A DNA stretch of 64,000 nt from Octopus sinensis (GCF_006345805.1 NC_043020.1:13578001-13642000); one strand, 5' to 3'. Numbered from the stretch's first letter, positions 1-12,209 are shown. A program made the numbers and translations. The notes: generated by a model from the sequence alone, not told the origin.

Positions 1-897
1 CCGTGGTCGAGACAATGGAATTTACCATGCTACGCCAGACTTCAAGGTCCATCATGGCATTACGGAGGTCCTGCTGCTGGATGCCTGTATCCCTGGAGAT
101 TACATCAGGGTAGGAGAGTGTGCGCCCTCTGGTATTGCGAGTAGATGGCTTCCAGAGGAGAAGAGTAGAATTTACCATGCTACGCCAGACTTCACGGTCC
201 ATCATGGCATTACGGAGGTCCTGCTGCTGGATGCCTGTATCCCTGGAGATTACATCAGGGTAGGAGAGTGTGCGTCCTCTGGTATTGCGAGTAGATGGCT
301 TCCAGAGGAGAAGAGTAGAATTTACCATGCTACGCCAGACTTCACGGTCCATCATGGCATTATGGAGGTCCTGTTGCTGGATGCCTGTATCCCTGGAGAT
401 TACATCAGGGTAGGAGAGTGTGCGCCCTCTGGTATTGCGAGTAGATGGCTTCCAGAGGAGAAGAGTAGAACTTACCATGCTACGCCAGACTTCACGGTCC
501 ATCATGGCATTACAGAGGTCCTGTTGCTGGATGCCTGTATCCCTGGAGATTACATCAGGGTAGGAGAGTGTGCGCCCTCTGGTATTGCGAGTAGATGGCT
601 TCCAGAGGAGAAGAGTAGAATTTACCATACTACGCCAGACTTCACGGTCCATAATGGCATTACAGAGGTCCTGTTGCTGGATGCCTGTATCCCTGGAGAT
701 TACATCAGGGTAGGAGAGTGTGCACCCTCTGGTATTGCAAGTAGATGGCTTCCAGAGGAGAAGAGTAGAAATTACCTCTTTTTCAGCTCTACAACAATGT
801 CCAGCAAACTGGACTCTCCTACCTTTCACAAGAGATGACACAGGTGGTAGTTTCCCATATATTTGCATTTTGGTTGGATGGCGCTTCCACGAGAGAC
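1..897 (-). mobile_element. 3' end of an RTE/RTEX-like LINE with an internal 5 x 150-bp tandem amplification
   Basis: The minus strand reads LVKGRRVQFAGHC.RAEKEVI..LLLWKPSTRNTRGRTLSYPDVISRDTGIQQQDLRNAMMDREVWRSMVNS, typical of an RTE-group ORF2 C-terminus. Single-copy relatives lie at 24216-24460 and 47496-47834. Confidence 0.8.
19..768. repeat. Tandem array, 150-bp unit x5 (LINE-derived)
   Basis: Unit starts at 19, 169, 319, 469 and 619; the copies are near-identical. Confidence 0.95.
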
Positions 898-920
898 TTT
901 GAGCTCTCATGGTTGGATAT

Positions 921-2797
921 GACTGGTTTGAATACCAAATGGTTAAAGATGATAGAGTGTTATTTGCAGGAGATCTGAGCGAGGATTTGGCTGTTATTTC
1001 TAACAGCCTGTGTGAGGGCATAGAAGCCCAGGGCAAGTGTGAGAGGCTGGATCTGGCCAGTTTGAAGATAAAGCAGATAGATTATTTTGGCTGGATATGA
1101 CTGGTTTGAATGCTAAACAGTTAAAGATGATAGAGTGTTATTTGCGGGAGATCTGAGCGAGGATTTGGCTGTTATTTCTAACAGCCTGTGTGAGGGCATA
1201 GAAGCCCAGGGCAAGTGTGAGAGGCTGGATCTGGCCAGTTTGAAGATAAAGCAGATAGATTATTTTGGCTGGATATGACTGGTTTGAATGCTAAACAGTT
1301 AAAGATGATAGAGTGTTATTTGCGGGAGATCTGAGCGAGGATTTGGCTGTTATTTCTAACAGCCTGTGTGAGGGCATAGAAGCCCAGGGCAAGTGTGAGA
1401 GGCTGGATCTGGCCAGTTTGAAGATAAAGCAGATAGATTATTTTGGCTGGATGTGACTGGTTTGAATGCTAAACGGTTAAAGATGATAGAGTGTTATTTG
1501 CGGGAGATCTGAGCGAGGATTTGGCTGTTATTTCTAACAGCCTGTGTGAGGGCATAGAAGCCCAGGGCAAGTGTGAAAGGCTGGATCTGGCCAGTTTGAA
1601 GATAAAGCAGATAGATTATTTTGGCTGGATGTGACTGGTTTGAATGCTAAACGGTTAAAGATGATAGAGTGTTATTTGCGGGAGATCTGAGCGAGGATTT
1701 GGCTGTTATTTCTAGCTGCCTGTGTGAGGGCATAGAAGCCCAGGGCAAGTGTGAGAGGCTGGATCTGGCCAGTTTGAAGATAAAGCAGATAGATTATTTT
1801 GGCTGGATGTGACTGGTTTGAATGCTAAACGGTTAAAGATGATAGAGTGTTATTTGCGGGAGATCTGAGCGAGGATTTGGCTGTTATTTCTGCCTGTGTG
1901 AGGGCATAGAACCCAGGGCAAGTGTGAAAGGCTGGATTGGCCAGTTTGAAGATAAAGCAGATAGATTATTTTGGCTGGATGTGACTGGTTTGAATGCTAA
2001 ACGGTTAAAGATGATAGAGTGTTATTTGCGGGAGATCTGAGCGAGGATTTGGCTGTTATTTCTAACAGCCTGTGTGAGGGCATAGAAGCCCAGGGCAAGT
2101 GTGAAAGGCTGGATCTGGCCAGTTTGAAGATAAAGCAGATAGATTATTTTGGCTGGATGATGTGACTGGTTTGAATGCTAAACGGTTAAAGATGATAGAG
2201 TGTATTTGCGGGAGATCTGAGCGAGGATTTGGCTGTTATTTCTAACTGCCTGTGTGAGGGCATAGAAGCCCAGGGCAAGTGTGAAGGCTGGATCTGGCCA
2301 GTTTGAAGATAAAGCAGATAGATTATTTTGGCTGGATGTGACTGGTTTGAATGCTAAACGGTTAAAGATGATAGAGTGTTATTTGCGGGAGATCTGAGCG
2401 AGGATTTGGCTGTTATTTCTAACAGCCTGTGTGAGGGCATAGAAGCCCAGGGCAAGTGTGAGAGGCTGGATCTGGCCAGTGAAGATAAAGCAGATAATTA
2501 TTTTGGCTGGATGTGACTGGTTTGAATGCTAAACGGTTAAAGATGATAGAGTGTTATTTGCGGGAGATCTGAGCGAGGATTTGGCTGTTATTTCTAACAG
2601 CCTGTGTGAGGGCATAGAAGCCAGGGCAAGTGTGAAAGGCTGGATCTGGCCAGTTTGAAGATAAAGCAGATAGATATTTTGGCTGGATGACTGGTTTGAA
2701 TGCTAAACGGTTTAAAGATGATAGAGTGTTATTTGCGGGAGATCTGAGCGAGGATTTGGCTGTTATTTCTAACAGCTTGTGTGAGGGCATAGAAGCC
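921..2797. repeat. Satellite-like array, 178-bp unit x ~10.5
   Basis: GACTGGTTTG recurs at 921, 1099, 1277, 1455, 1633 and 1811; later copies carry small indels. Confidence 0.95.
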
Positions 2798-3338
2798 CTT
2801 TTCATTGTTGCCTAGCAACTACTAGTTGTGTGCCTGTGCCTGGTGCGAAGGTAAAGATGGTGGTGTGTGAGATATGGGATATGAGAAAGACCGATATGAA
2901 AAAGATCTTCATAACATCCAAAAGTGAATGGAAGCGAAAAAAATAAATAAAATAAATAATAAAGTGAAGATATTATCAAACCTATTGGAACTTGATCTGC
3001 GGTGGCCCCATTTAACTGAAGAGTGGTCATTCTTAACCAATAAACAACATAATATGGCTCTAGAGATGCTACACTCTCTCACGCTCTCCTTTCTTCTCTC
3101 TTCCTTCAACCCCACCCCCACCCAGCTATCTCCCCCCCCCGTTTTCTTCTTTGTTTATTTTTATCTCAAATATAATTCATTCTTTTCATCTTCCATGATA
3201 TCGCCAAGCTAAATTTTGCCATATCGCATTGATATCACATGATTCGATAGCATGTATCACACAAGGACAGTCATATGGTTTCAATATCAGGGCTGGAAGT
3301 AATGAAGTAGAGAGATCTACAATATTTATTCATAATTC

Positions 3339-3339
3339 T

Positions 3340-3431
<92 letters not shown>
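3339..3431. repeat. (CT)n microsatellite
   Basis: Direct reading. Confidence 0.95.
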
Positions 3432-3434
<3 letters not shown>

Positions 3435-3605
3435 CACGATTCTCTTCAGATATTATCCAAACCAACCACTTAACAACTTTGCTTTGCTGAAGAATTCTCT
3501 TCTGCTCGGATAAGATAACTGCTGAGCTCCTCATCCAATTAAATCTCACAGCTTTTCTTCATTTCTCTCACTTTTTTTTTTTTACTTTGTAATCACACAC
3601 ACACA

Positions 3606-4030
3606 CATCATCATCATCATCATCATCATCGTAATCATCATCATCATCGTAATCATAATCATCATCATCATTGTAATCATCATCATCGTAAACATCATCA
3701 TCGTAATCATCATCATCATCGTAATCATCATCATCATCGTAATCATCATCGTCATAGTCATCATCGTCATAGTAATCATCATCATCGTAATCATCATCAT
3801 CATCGGAATCATCATCATCATCATCATCGGAATCATCATCATCGTAATCATCATCGTCATAGTAATCATCATCATAGTAATCATCATCATCATCGTAATC
3901 ATCATCATCATCGTAATCATCATCATCATCATCATAATCATCATCATCATCATCATCGTAATCATCATAATCGTAATCATCATCATCATCGTAATCATCA
4001 TCCTCATCATCATCATTGTAATCATCATCT
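3606..4030. repeat. Degenerate (CAT)n/(CATCGTAAT) repeat
   Basis: Direct reading; it explains the spurious poly-D and poly-M ORFs. Confidence 0.95.
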
Positions 4031-5091
4031 TGCTCATTGTCATTGTCGTTTTTTAATGTCCACTTTTCCGTGTTTGCATGGGTCGGATGAAATTTGTTGA
4101 GGCAGATTTTCCTACAGCTGGGTGCCCTTACCGTCGACAACCTTCAACTGTTTCCAAGTAAGGTTAATACCCCCCCCCCAATATCCAAATGTGTCTTGGA
4201 AGTACGGAAATAAAGAACATTACATATACAACAGTGGCACCTGCTTGCTACTTTTGTAACTTTCACAAAGATGTCACGGCAAAGCAACATTAATACACAT
4301 ACACACATACACACACACATATTGATATATAAAAATGTAAATACACAGTGGGCTTCTATCAGTTTTTGTCTACCAAATTCACTTTCAAGGCTTTGACTGG
4401 TCTAGGGCTTTAGTAGATGTTTGCCCAGACTTGTTATAAATCAATGTTTGGCACATTCTCAGCACGTGAAACTAATAGTAGCACATAAAAACATATTGTG
4501 TTTATTAAATATATGCATGTGTGTGTAGTGTGTATATATATAGTTATAAACAAGCATCTCCATCAAACAACCAGTGTTTTTTGCTTCCATTCCATGAAAA
4601 CATATGCACCCATAGCGGAAGTACTTGCTCACTTGGAAACAGGTGAGGTTTGAAGATTGGAAGAGCATCCTGCCATAGAAAAATCAGCCTCATTGAAATC
4701 CATCTGACCCATACAGGCATGGAAAAGGGGACGTTGAAATAATTATGATGATGATATATCCCAATAATCGGTTCAGAAGTTTATTATTATTTCTGGACAT
4801 AGGCTTAGGAGTGGCTGTGTGGTAAGTAGCTTGTTTACCAACCACATGGTTCCGGGTTCTGTCCCACTGTGTGGCACCTTAGGCAAGTGTCTTCTACTAT
4901 AGCCTCAGTTCAGACATTGTGACTGTACACCACAAAAGACCACTGATACCTAATTAGCTAATAATAAATTAATAAAATAAATTAAAATTAAATTTTTGTT
5001 GTCACATAATAGATATAACTAAAAACAGGGTGAAGAGGCAGAGGATATAATCAATTAGTTAAATCAGCCTCATTATATTACTGGTAGTTTA

Positions 5092-5400
5092 AGGTGGCGA
5101 GCTGGCGAAATCATTAGTGTGCCAGGTAAAATGCTTAGTGGTATTTTGTCTGCCGCTACGTTCTGAGTTCAAATTCCGCCAAAGTCGACTTTGCCTTTCA
5201 TCCTTTCAGGGTCGATTAAATAAGTACCAGTTACGCACTGGGGTCAATATAATCAACTTGATCCATTTGTCTGTCTTTGTTTATCCTCTCTGTGTTTAGC
5301 CCCTTGTGGGTAGTAAAGAAATAGGTATTTCATCCATCTTCACATTCTGAGTTCATATTCCACTGAGGTTGACTTTGCCTTTCATCCTTTCAGAGTTAAT
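5092..5400 (+). mobile_element. tRNA-derived SINE, family B, plus a partial second copy
   Basis: Head GGCGAGCTGGCGAAATC, B-box-like GAGTTCAAATTCC, tail CCCTTGTGGGTAGTAAAGAAATAGG. Confidence 0.85.
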
Positions 5401-5406
5401 AAATTA

Positions 5407-5585
5407 CCATATTTGAATGGGTATAAGGAACCCTCATGTATAAAGAACCCCCTAATTTTGCGGGCTTAAAATTTGGAAAAAAAGGTTTTGTTAGGGATAA
5501 TACTATCCATATATAAGAAACTCCCATATTTTTTAAGCCTAATTTTTAACAAAAAAAAGGGTTCCTTATACACATTGAAATGCAG
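5407..5585. mobile_element. Tc1/mariner-type MITE (~180 bp)
   Basis: TA flanks and imperfect TIRs: CCATATTTGAATGGGTATAAGGAACCC versus the reverse complement of GGGTTCCTTATACACATTGAAATGCAG. Confidence 0.65.
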
Positions 5586-6045
5586 TAAGCACCAGTCAAG
5601 TAATGGGGCCGATGTGATTGACCATCCCCCCTCCTCACGAATTCCAGGCCTTGTGCATATAGCGTAAAGGGTTATATTACCCGTACTTTGTATATTTTTG
5701 AAAGATTAACCAGGAATGTGTCCCCACCACCACCACAACCATATTTTCAGTATAACCATAGTTGTGTGGTAAGAATCTTGCTTCTCAACCACATGGTTTG
5801 GGGTTCAGTCCCACTGCGTGGCACTTTGGGTAAGTTTCTTCTACTAAAGCCTTGGGCCAACCAAAGCCATGTGAGTGTATTTTGCAGATGGAAACCAAAA
5901 GAAGCCTGTCGTATATTTCTGTGTATCTATGTGTATGCGTATCTGTTTGTTCCTCACCACCACTTGACAACCTGTGTTGGTATGTTTACGTCCCTGTAAC
6001 TTAGAAATCCAGAAAAAGACACTGATAGAATAAATACCAGAATAA

Positions 6046-6255
6046 ATACTCTTTTACTTGTTTCAGTCATTTGACTGTGGTCATGCTGGAGCACCGCCTT
6101 TAGTCAAGCAAATCGACCCCGGGACTTATTCTTTGTAAGCCCAGTACTTATTCTATCGGTCTCTTTTGCCGAAATGCTAAGTGACGGGGACGTAAACACA
6201 CCAGCATCGGTTGTCAAGCAATGCTAGAAGGGCAAACACAGACACACAAACATAT

Positions 6256-6314
<59 letters not shown>

Positions 6315-7281
6315 TACGACAGGCTTCTTTCAGTTTCTGTCTACCAAATGCACTCACAAGGCTTTGGTCAGCCCAAGGCTATAGTAGAAGACACTTGCCC
6401 AAGGTGCCACGCAGTGGGACTGAACCCGAAACCATGTGGTTGGTTAGCAAGCTGACAGGCTTCTTTCAGTTTCCGTCTACCAAATCCACTCACAAGGCAT
6501 TGGTCGGCCCAAGGCTATAGTAGAAGACACTTGCCCAAGGTGCCAAGCAGTGGGACTGAACCCGAAACCATGTGGTTGGTTAGCAAGCTGACAGGCTTCT
6601 TTCAGTTTCCGTCTACCAAATCCACTCACAAGGCATTGGTCGGCCCGAGGCTATAGTAGAAGACACTTGCCCAAGGTGCCAAGCAGTGGGACTGAACCCG
6701 AAACCATGTGGTTGGTTAGCAAGCTGACAGGCTTCTTTCAGTTTCCGTCTACCAAATCCACTCACAAGGCATGGTCGGCCCAAGGCTATAGTAGAAGACA
6801 CTTGCCCAGGTGCCAAGCAGTGGGACTGAACCCGAAACCATGTGGTTGGTTAGCAAGCTGACAGGCTTCTTTCAGTTTCCGTCTACCAAATCCACTCACA
6901 GGCATTGTTGACCCGAGGCTATAGTAGAAGACACTTGCCCAAGGTGCCAAGCAGTGGGACTGAACCCGAAACCATGTGTTGGTTAGCAAGCTGACAGGCT
7001 TCTTTCAGTTTCCGTCTACCAAATCCACTCACAGGCATTGGTCGGCCCGAGGCTATAGTAGAAGACACTTGCCAAGGTGCCACGCAGTGGGACTGAACCC
7101 GAAACCATGTGTTGGTTAGCAAGCTGACAGGCTTCTTCAGTTTCCGTCTACCAAATCCACTCACAAGGCATTGGTCGGCCCGAGGCTATAGTAGAAGACA
7201 CTTGCCCAAGGTGCCACGCAGTGGGACTGAACCCGAAACCATGTGGTTCGTAAGCAAGCTACTTACCACACAGCCACTCCT
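6046..7281 (-). mobile_element. SINE family A whose 5' head is tandemly amplified (7 x ~136 bp)
   Basis: Tail at ~6046-6240, then (TA)n, then units starting at 6318, 6454, 6590, 6726, 6860, 6993 and 7126. Only the last unit continues into the true head (CACACAGCCACTCC). Confidence 0.9.
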
Positions 7282-8173
7282 GTCAGTTCATTCAACTAAA
7301 AGTTCTTCATGGCAGTGCCCCAGCATGGCCACAGCCTAATAACTGAAACAAGTAAAAGATAACACAGGAAAGATACATTTAAGCCAAGGAAACATTTCCA
7401 AAGATTTTTGGTTGAATAATTCTCTAAGATTATTGGTGTGTCGTTAGATCGGAATCTTTCGTTCCAGACTGTTGATGTGGTATCAAATGCCAGACGATCT
7501 GCAATATCTGCAATATCTGCAATATCTTCTGTTGTCATTAACACTTAATGTTAATTAGCTTCAGTTCATTACTTTTGAAATGCTTGTCAGTTTATAAATT
7601 AATAGCAATCAGGATTCTATTTAAATCTTGGGACATCAATGGTCCAAGTCTGTGAATTTTTTCAAAGTATATTGATGGAAACATCACTAAGACAATTTTT
7701 TCATTAAATGTCCTCTCTGCTTTAATTCTTTTGAGATAAGGATTTAAATTTTCTTCATAGTGGGAAGAAATGGGATATTCTCGAGAAAAGATTCAATGAA
7801 ATCGATTTTTTTTTTTTTGCTTTTTTGTTATCTTTTTTATGTTATCTTTTAACATATTTTATTGAGTTTTATTGATTTTCTTTTTGCCTCGTACCATAAA
7901 GCAGAACTAATATTTGTTGTTCAATACTAGTTTTCAAAATCTCAATGACTAACGAACACAAAACAATGATTCCAGACAGTGGTTTTGGTTCTGTTATTTT
8001 ATTTCTTGGAAATGTTGAGAAAAGAACCAAAAATGTCAAAAGAAAATTATCCCCAAAACTAAAAGTTATCACAAATTGGGAAACCTATTGTTTTAAAGTA
8101 TTCGTTTTGTTTTTCTCTGCAAATTATTTATGTATGCATGTACATACGTATATGTATATGTACATCATATATG

Positions 8174-8225
<52 letters not shown>

Positions 8226-8310
8226 ACTTTGTTGGCAACAGGTAGGGGTTGGCGTCAGGAAGGACATTCGGCCGTAGAAAACTTGCCACACGCATAGCGC
8301 TGCTCATATA

Positions 8311-8355
<45 letters not shown>

Positions 8356-8359
8356 ATAC

Positions 8360-8392
<33 letters not shown>

Positions 8393-8815
8393 GTAGGGAA
8401 TATGATTCCAAACTTACAGGGAAAAATTCAATTTCACAATTTTAAATCAAATTTCACAATATATATAATACTCAAAGCCAAGAATTTTTCAACACCCCCA
8501 CATACATATAAATGTATATATTTTTTGAATTGTTTAATAGAAGTTTGTCTCTAAATCATACACACACACACATGCATACATACATATTTATAGTGAGTGA
8601 GAGAGAAAGAGAGAGATGTTCCTACCATTAAGGGTATCATGAAAGATCTAGTTGGATGCCACCCTTCTGAGTTCTTTTGCAAGACTTGCAAAAATGAGTA
8701 ACGCTACGATGGACTGGTGTCCCGTCCAGCTGGGGAACACATACCCTATAGAAACCGGGAGACTGGGCCCATGAGCCTGGCTAGGCTTTAAAAAAGGGCG
8801 CATTTATTTATTCAT

Positions 8816-8845
<30 letters not shown>

Positions 8846-8846
<1 letters not shown>

Positions 8847-9067
8847 CGATGCCAGACCCCTCTGGCACCTGTGCAGGTGGCACGTAAAAAACACCCACTA
8901 CACTCGCGGAGTGGTTGGCGTTAGGAAGGGCATCCAGCTGTAGAAACACTGCCAGACTAGACTGGAGCCTGGGGCAGTCCCGAGCTCCCCAGACCCCGGT
9001 CGAAACCGTCCAACCCGTGCTAGCGCGGAAAACGGACGTTAAATGATGATGATGATGATGATGATGA
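8846..9067 (+). mobile_element. RTE LINE 3'-UTR fragment with (GAT)n tail
   Basis: GGTTGGCGTTAGGAAGGGCATCCAGC...GGACGTTAAA(TGA)n; nearly identical to 53436-53650. Confidence 0.85.
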
Positions 9068-9527
9068 TATATGATGGACTTCTATCTAGTTTCTGTCTAC
9101 CAAATTCACTCACAAAGCATTGGTTAGCTCACAGCTATTGTAGAAGACACTTTTAAAGTGTCACACTGTGGGACTGAACCGAAAACCATGTGGTTACCAC
9201 ATAGACTAAACAAACCAACACTTTGTTTAGTCTACTTCTTGTTATTCATCAGAATGACAGCTGTTTTAAGTAGAAAGGATAAAAGCTCAGAAAACAATAA
9301 TTGCTAAAGGAAAAATAGTGAAACAATACAAAATACGTTTTCTATTCAATTTATACATATATATAGGCTTGGCTGTGTAGTAAGAAGCTTGCTTCCCAAC
9401 CACATGATTCTGGGTTCAATCCCTCCACATGATACCTTGGGCAAGTGTCTTCTGCTATAGCCTCTGGCCAACCAAAGCAAAGCCTTATGAGTGGAATCGT
9501 TAGGCATAAACTGAAGGAAGCCCATCA

Positions 9528-9570
<43 letters not shown>

Positions 9571-9699
9571 TGTGAGTTTTGGAGGCATTTATCATCTGGG
9601 TGGATACAGTGGTGGCTCCCAGTTATGTTCCAGGTTATGGCTAACCACATCAATCAGTATTTAATATCTATGACTACTATTAGTTGTTATTTGCTCTGT

Positions 9700-10270
9700 A
9701 AATTCCTCCAATGGTTAATTCCATGTTTGCTTCACCAGATATTTTGATGTGGTGTGAAAGAAGGAAAGTTGTAAATCTAGTCGAGTTAATGGTTCCTCAT
9801 GAAGATAACATGGACGCCACTCGCGCTCGAAAATTTAACCGTTATGTAAACCTCCTCGAGGAATGTGAAGACGCAGGCTGGAAAGCGGAACATTTTCCTA
9901 TCGAAGTCGGATGCAGAGGGTTCGTTGGACACAGTGTGAGATGACTGTTGTTATCGCTAGGCCTAACTCATCGTAAAGTCAATACCACCATGACTGATAT
10001 CCAAACTACAGTGGAGAGGGCTAGCCACTGGATTTGGTTAAAAAGAGACGATGAGCGATGGCTAGAAGAATATTGAGTTTAACTTCATAACCAGCTGATC
10101 TAGCAAGCGGGGCCTCATATCAGTGAGGGGGGGGGCGGTGCGCATTGATGCCGTCGAGAGGTAGGCCCTGAAACGGCGTGCATTCTCTCCTGATGACCCC
10201 ATACACTTGCTGGCTTCCGGTATACGGAGCTTTTGACTGGTAGCACTTGCATGTGAAAGTTGTTTGCAAG
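9700..10270 (+). mobile_element. 5'-truncated HERO-like (R2-group) non-LTR retrotransposon: restriction-like endonuclease domain plus 3' UTR
   Basis: The ORF at 9711-9944 reads SPDILMW..RKVVNLVELMVPHEDN..A.RARKFNRY..L.EEC..AGWK....PIEVGCRGFVG (PD-(D/E)xK RLE signature). After a premature TGA it continues in frame (LLLSLGLTHRKVN...VERASHWIWLKRDDERWLEEY). Confidence 0.8.
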
Positions 10271-10972
10271 ACATCTAGTCCAGCATATATATTAGTAATA
10301 ATTATAACAATACAGAACATGGAAACTTGTTCATCTTCAAATTTATTTCCTTTTATTTTACAATTTTATACAGCATGTCTTTATGTCTGTCCCTCTGTGT
10401 ATGTCTTTGTATCTGTGTTTGTCCCCCATCATTGCTTGACAACCTGTGTTGGTGTGTTTATGTACCCGTAACTTAGCAGGTTCATCAAAGGAGACTGATA
10501 AAATAAGTACTATGCTTACAAAGAATAAGACCTGGGGTCGATTTCAACTAAAACTCTTTAAGGTGGTGCTCCAGCATGGCCGCAGTCAAAAGACACTGAT
10601 AGAATAAGTATCAGGCTTTAAAAAAAAAAGAGTAATGTGGTCAATTCATTTCACTAAAAGTTCTTCAGGGTGGTGCTCCAGCATGGCCACAGTCTAATGA
10701 CTGAAACAAGTAAAAGAGAAAAGATTAATATTTATGTGTGTGTGTGTCTATTGACAAACATTTTAAACTGTTATACAAATACAATTTCTTATTAATTATT
10801 ATTATTATTATTAATTATGGTCTACCAAATCCACTCACAAGGCTTTGGTTGGCCTGAGGCTATAGTAGAAGACACTTGCCCAAGGTGCCACGCAGTGGGA
10901 CAGAACCCGGAACCATGTGGTTGGTAAACAAGCTACTTACCACACAGCCACTCCTAAGCCTATGTCCAGAAA

Positions 10973-11012
<40 letters not shown>

Positions 11013-11017
<5 letters not shown>

Positions 11018-11310
11018 CACCTCCACCTTAGCAATGTCGGAGGTATTGTTTTCAGTCATGTTTGTTTGTTAGTTTGTCCGTTGACAAGATATCTCAAGAA
11101 CTGCTGGAGGGATTTGGATGAAACCTTCAGAGATGTTTGACTTTGTGACTGGCACAAACTGATTAGATTTTGGGCTTGATCCGGTACCAGACAAGGATTC
11201 TGGATTATTTTCCCTGTTTTTTTTTTTACTTAATTTTTGAGAGCAGTCAGGTTCATTTTTAGTATTCTCGTTTGTGAGAGCAGTCGAGTTTATTTCAGAT
11301 ATTCTCATTT
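11013..11310 (+). mobile_element. Non-autonomous HINE/DINE-1-like element
   Basis: Terminal stem-loop ACCTCC...GGAGGT (11019-11044), (GTTT)n tract, then a GATATCTCAAGAAC...GGATTTGGATGAAAC core. A second copy lies at 61093-61297 on the minus strand. The class assignment is inferred. Confidence 0.5.
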
Positions 11311-11314
11311 AAAA

Positions 11315-11466
11315 AAAAGCACCCACTACACTCACAGAGTGGTTGGCGTTAGGAAGGGCATCCAGCTGTAGAAACATTGCCAGATCAGACTGGGCCTGGT
11401 GCAGCCTTCTGGCTTCCCAGACCCCAGTTGAACCATCCAACCCATGCTAGCATGGTGATGATGATT
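11315..11466 (+). mobile_element. RTE 3'-UTR fragment
   Basis: Same GGCGTTAGGAAGGGCATCCAGC motif and (GAT)n tail. Confidence 0.8.
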
Positions 11467-12134
11467 TTAAAAACCATTTCTGGCTAATCGTTGAGAGGAC
11501 ATTGGTGTTGCCTTGGCGGAGGTTTGTGCTCTCTGAGTGCTCTTGTTAATTTTACTGTCTTCAAAATTGTTTTTATGCCATTTGACTTTTCATTACTCAG
11601 TAGTTTTCAGAAGAAAACTTTTTCTTTTGTTTTTTGCTTGTTCTCTGTTGGTGTTACCATTCCCTTAATCTGTCTTGTTCCTGTGAGAGATTATCTAAAT
11701 GAACTGAACCATTCCAGAGTGATCCGACTGGAAGAGAAGAAGCAGTTTTTTCCTATTTTGCAAAGATTTAGTTTTAGAAAAAAAGAATTCTATAATGACA
11801 AAGGATCATAAAAAAAAAATCTGTCAGAATAAGTTGGATGTTCACCTCCGGTGAAAGATTTCTTAAGAAAATGAATTCTGAAAGAATAATGGCCTTCTTC
11901 AAAAGAATAAAATGAAAAAAAGTTTCGGAGTAAAACTATTGGTTTGTTTGTGATTTATGGTCACAAGTATAACTAAGTAGCTTCAGTTGTTTGCTTTGGG
12001 TTTGTGACCATGTGATTGCAGGTTCAATCTCACTGCACAATGCCTCGGGGGAACTGTCTTGTACTGTAGTTTCAGAGCCTTGTGTCATCCAGTACTTTGG
12101 TAGACGGAAATTGTACAGAAAAACCATTTTATAA

Positions 12135-12143
12135 GTGTGTGTG

Positions 12144-12207
<64 letters not shown>
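12135..12207. repeat. (GT)n microsatellite
   Basis: Direct reading. Confidence 0.95.

Positions 12208-12209
<2 letters not shown>

Noticed and set aside
362-838. 158-aa + strand repeat ORF
   Set aside because: Antisense frame of the LINE-derived 150-bp array.
3568-4140. Poly-Asp/Tyr ORF (190 aa)
   Set aside because: Translation of a (CAT)n-type microsatellite; no other coding evidence.
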